A stretch of 22,828 nucleotides of DNA, taken from Azolla caroliniana (lineage: Eukaryota; Plantae; Polypodiophyta). The notes beneath the pieces were generated by a model. The model saw nothing but the letters and a program-made list of their open reading frames with translations. It was not told the origin of the DNA and searched no databases. The stretch lies in the NCBI GenBank assembly GCA_043228905.1, contig JBHGNT010000494.1, positions 1 to 22,828 on the forward strand, in the 5' to 3' direction. Both the position numbers and the translations under genes were made by a program. Shown here piece after piece: positions 22,194 to 22,828 of this stretch (its first letter is position 1; each line of letters starts with the position of its first letter).

Positions 22194-22499
22194 CTAAAAT
22201 TATTTTTTAATACTTTTAACTGCAGTTTCTAAAGAAGTCATTGTCCATAAGAAACATGTAACTGTTAGTTAAATATAATGTTTATTGTATTTTGTGAAAA
22301 TCTTAAAACACTGATTATTCGAAGTATTTTTAATTCGTTGGGTCGTGCGATACTGTTGAAACCAGCTGGATAAACAGGGCTTTATTAGGTTTGTATTGTA
22401 AACCATAACATGTTAAAAATCTACAGTTTGGTAGAAATCGCGCCATCTATTCAGCGACAAGAATCACAACACTAGCGCGTTTCATATTTTTTCTACTTT

Positions 22500-22771
22500 T
22501 TAAATAAGCTTTTAAATATTTCAACTAATGTAAAATATCTTGTTAAATTACTTTATTCTGTAACTTTTCAAAGACACTTGCGAAAGTCCCTTTTACCTGT
22601 TGTACATTTGAGAGGTTTCATTCTAACATCTTATGAGCGGTTTCGAACTATATCAGTTCTCATCAGGTAAGCTAGTCGAAGGACGAATATCTCTCAAAAG
22701 TTCCCATACTTATCTAATATTTGTTGGTATCAAAATTTAAAAAATTGGTCTGACGCGCCATCTACCATTAA
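22500..22771 (-). mobile_element. Penelope-like pseudo-LTR fragment
   Basis: Hammerhead motif followed on the same strand by AATAAA (22557-22552). The adjacent 22666-22771 is repeated at 9941-10047. Boundaries are approximate. Confidence 0.55.
22630..22671 (-). ncRNA. Minimal type I hammerhead ribozyme motif (Penelope/retrozyme type), probably partly decayed
   Basis: Minus strand: CUUAC-CUGAUGA-GAACU(GAUAU)AGUUC-GAAA-CCGCUC-AUAAG. Intact CUGAUGA and GAAA boxes, perfect 5-bp stem II, 4/5-bp stem I. Confidence 0.75.
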
Positions 22772-22828
22772 TAATAGCGTAGAAAATTATAGCGAGTCAG
22801 AAATCTTCGAGCACAGTTCCAAAGTCGT

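Overview
AT-rich eukaryotic DNA with GT-AG introns, probably from an insect (inferred from the proteins and repeat types). Three protein genes lie head-to-tail on the minus strand: the last seven coding exons of a xanthine dehydrogenase (rosy/XDH-like) gene (22193-18525, 5' part outside the window), a complete six-exon methylthioribose-1-phosphate isomerase gene (MRI1, 17413-12111, 357 aa), and a probable first coding exon of an unidentified gene (8538-8437). The rest is intron or intergenic DNA containing repeats: the end of a Merlin-type transposon with a frameshifted transposase, a 600-bp hAT-type MITE with an 8-bp target-site duplication, two decayed RTE 3' ends, Penelope-like pieces with minimal hammerhead ribozyme motifs and fold-back arms, and several tandem arrays. 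The least explained features are a ~430-nt GC-rich island that folds on the + strand (1484-1924), a hammerhead motif in sense orientation within an XDH intron, and a triplicated MRI1 upstream region. I cannot show a new biological system from the sequence alone; these are candidates to test.
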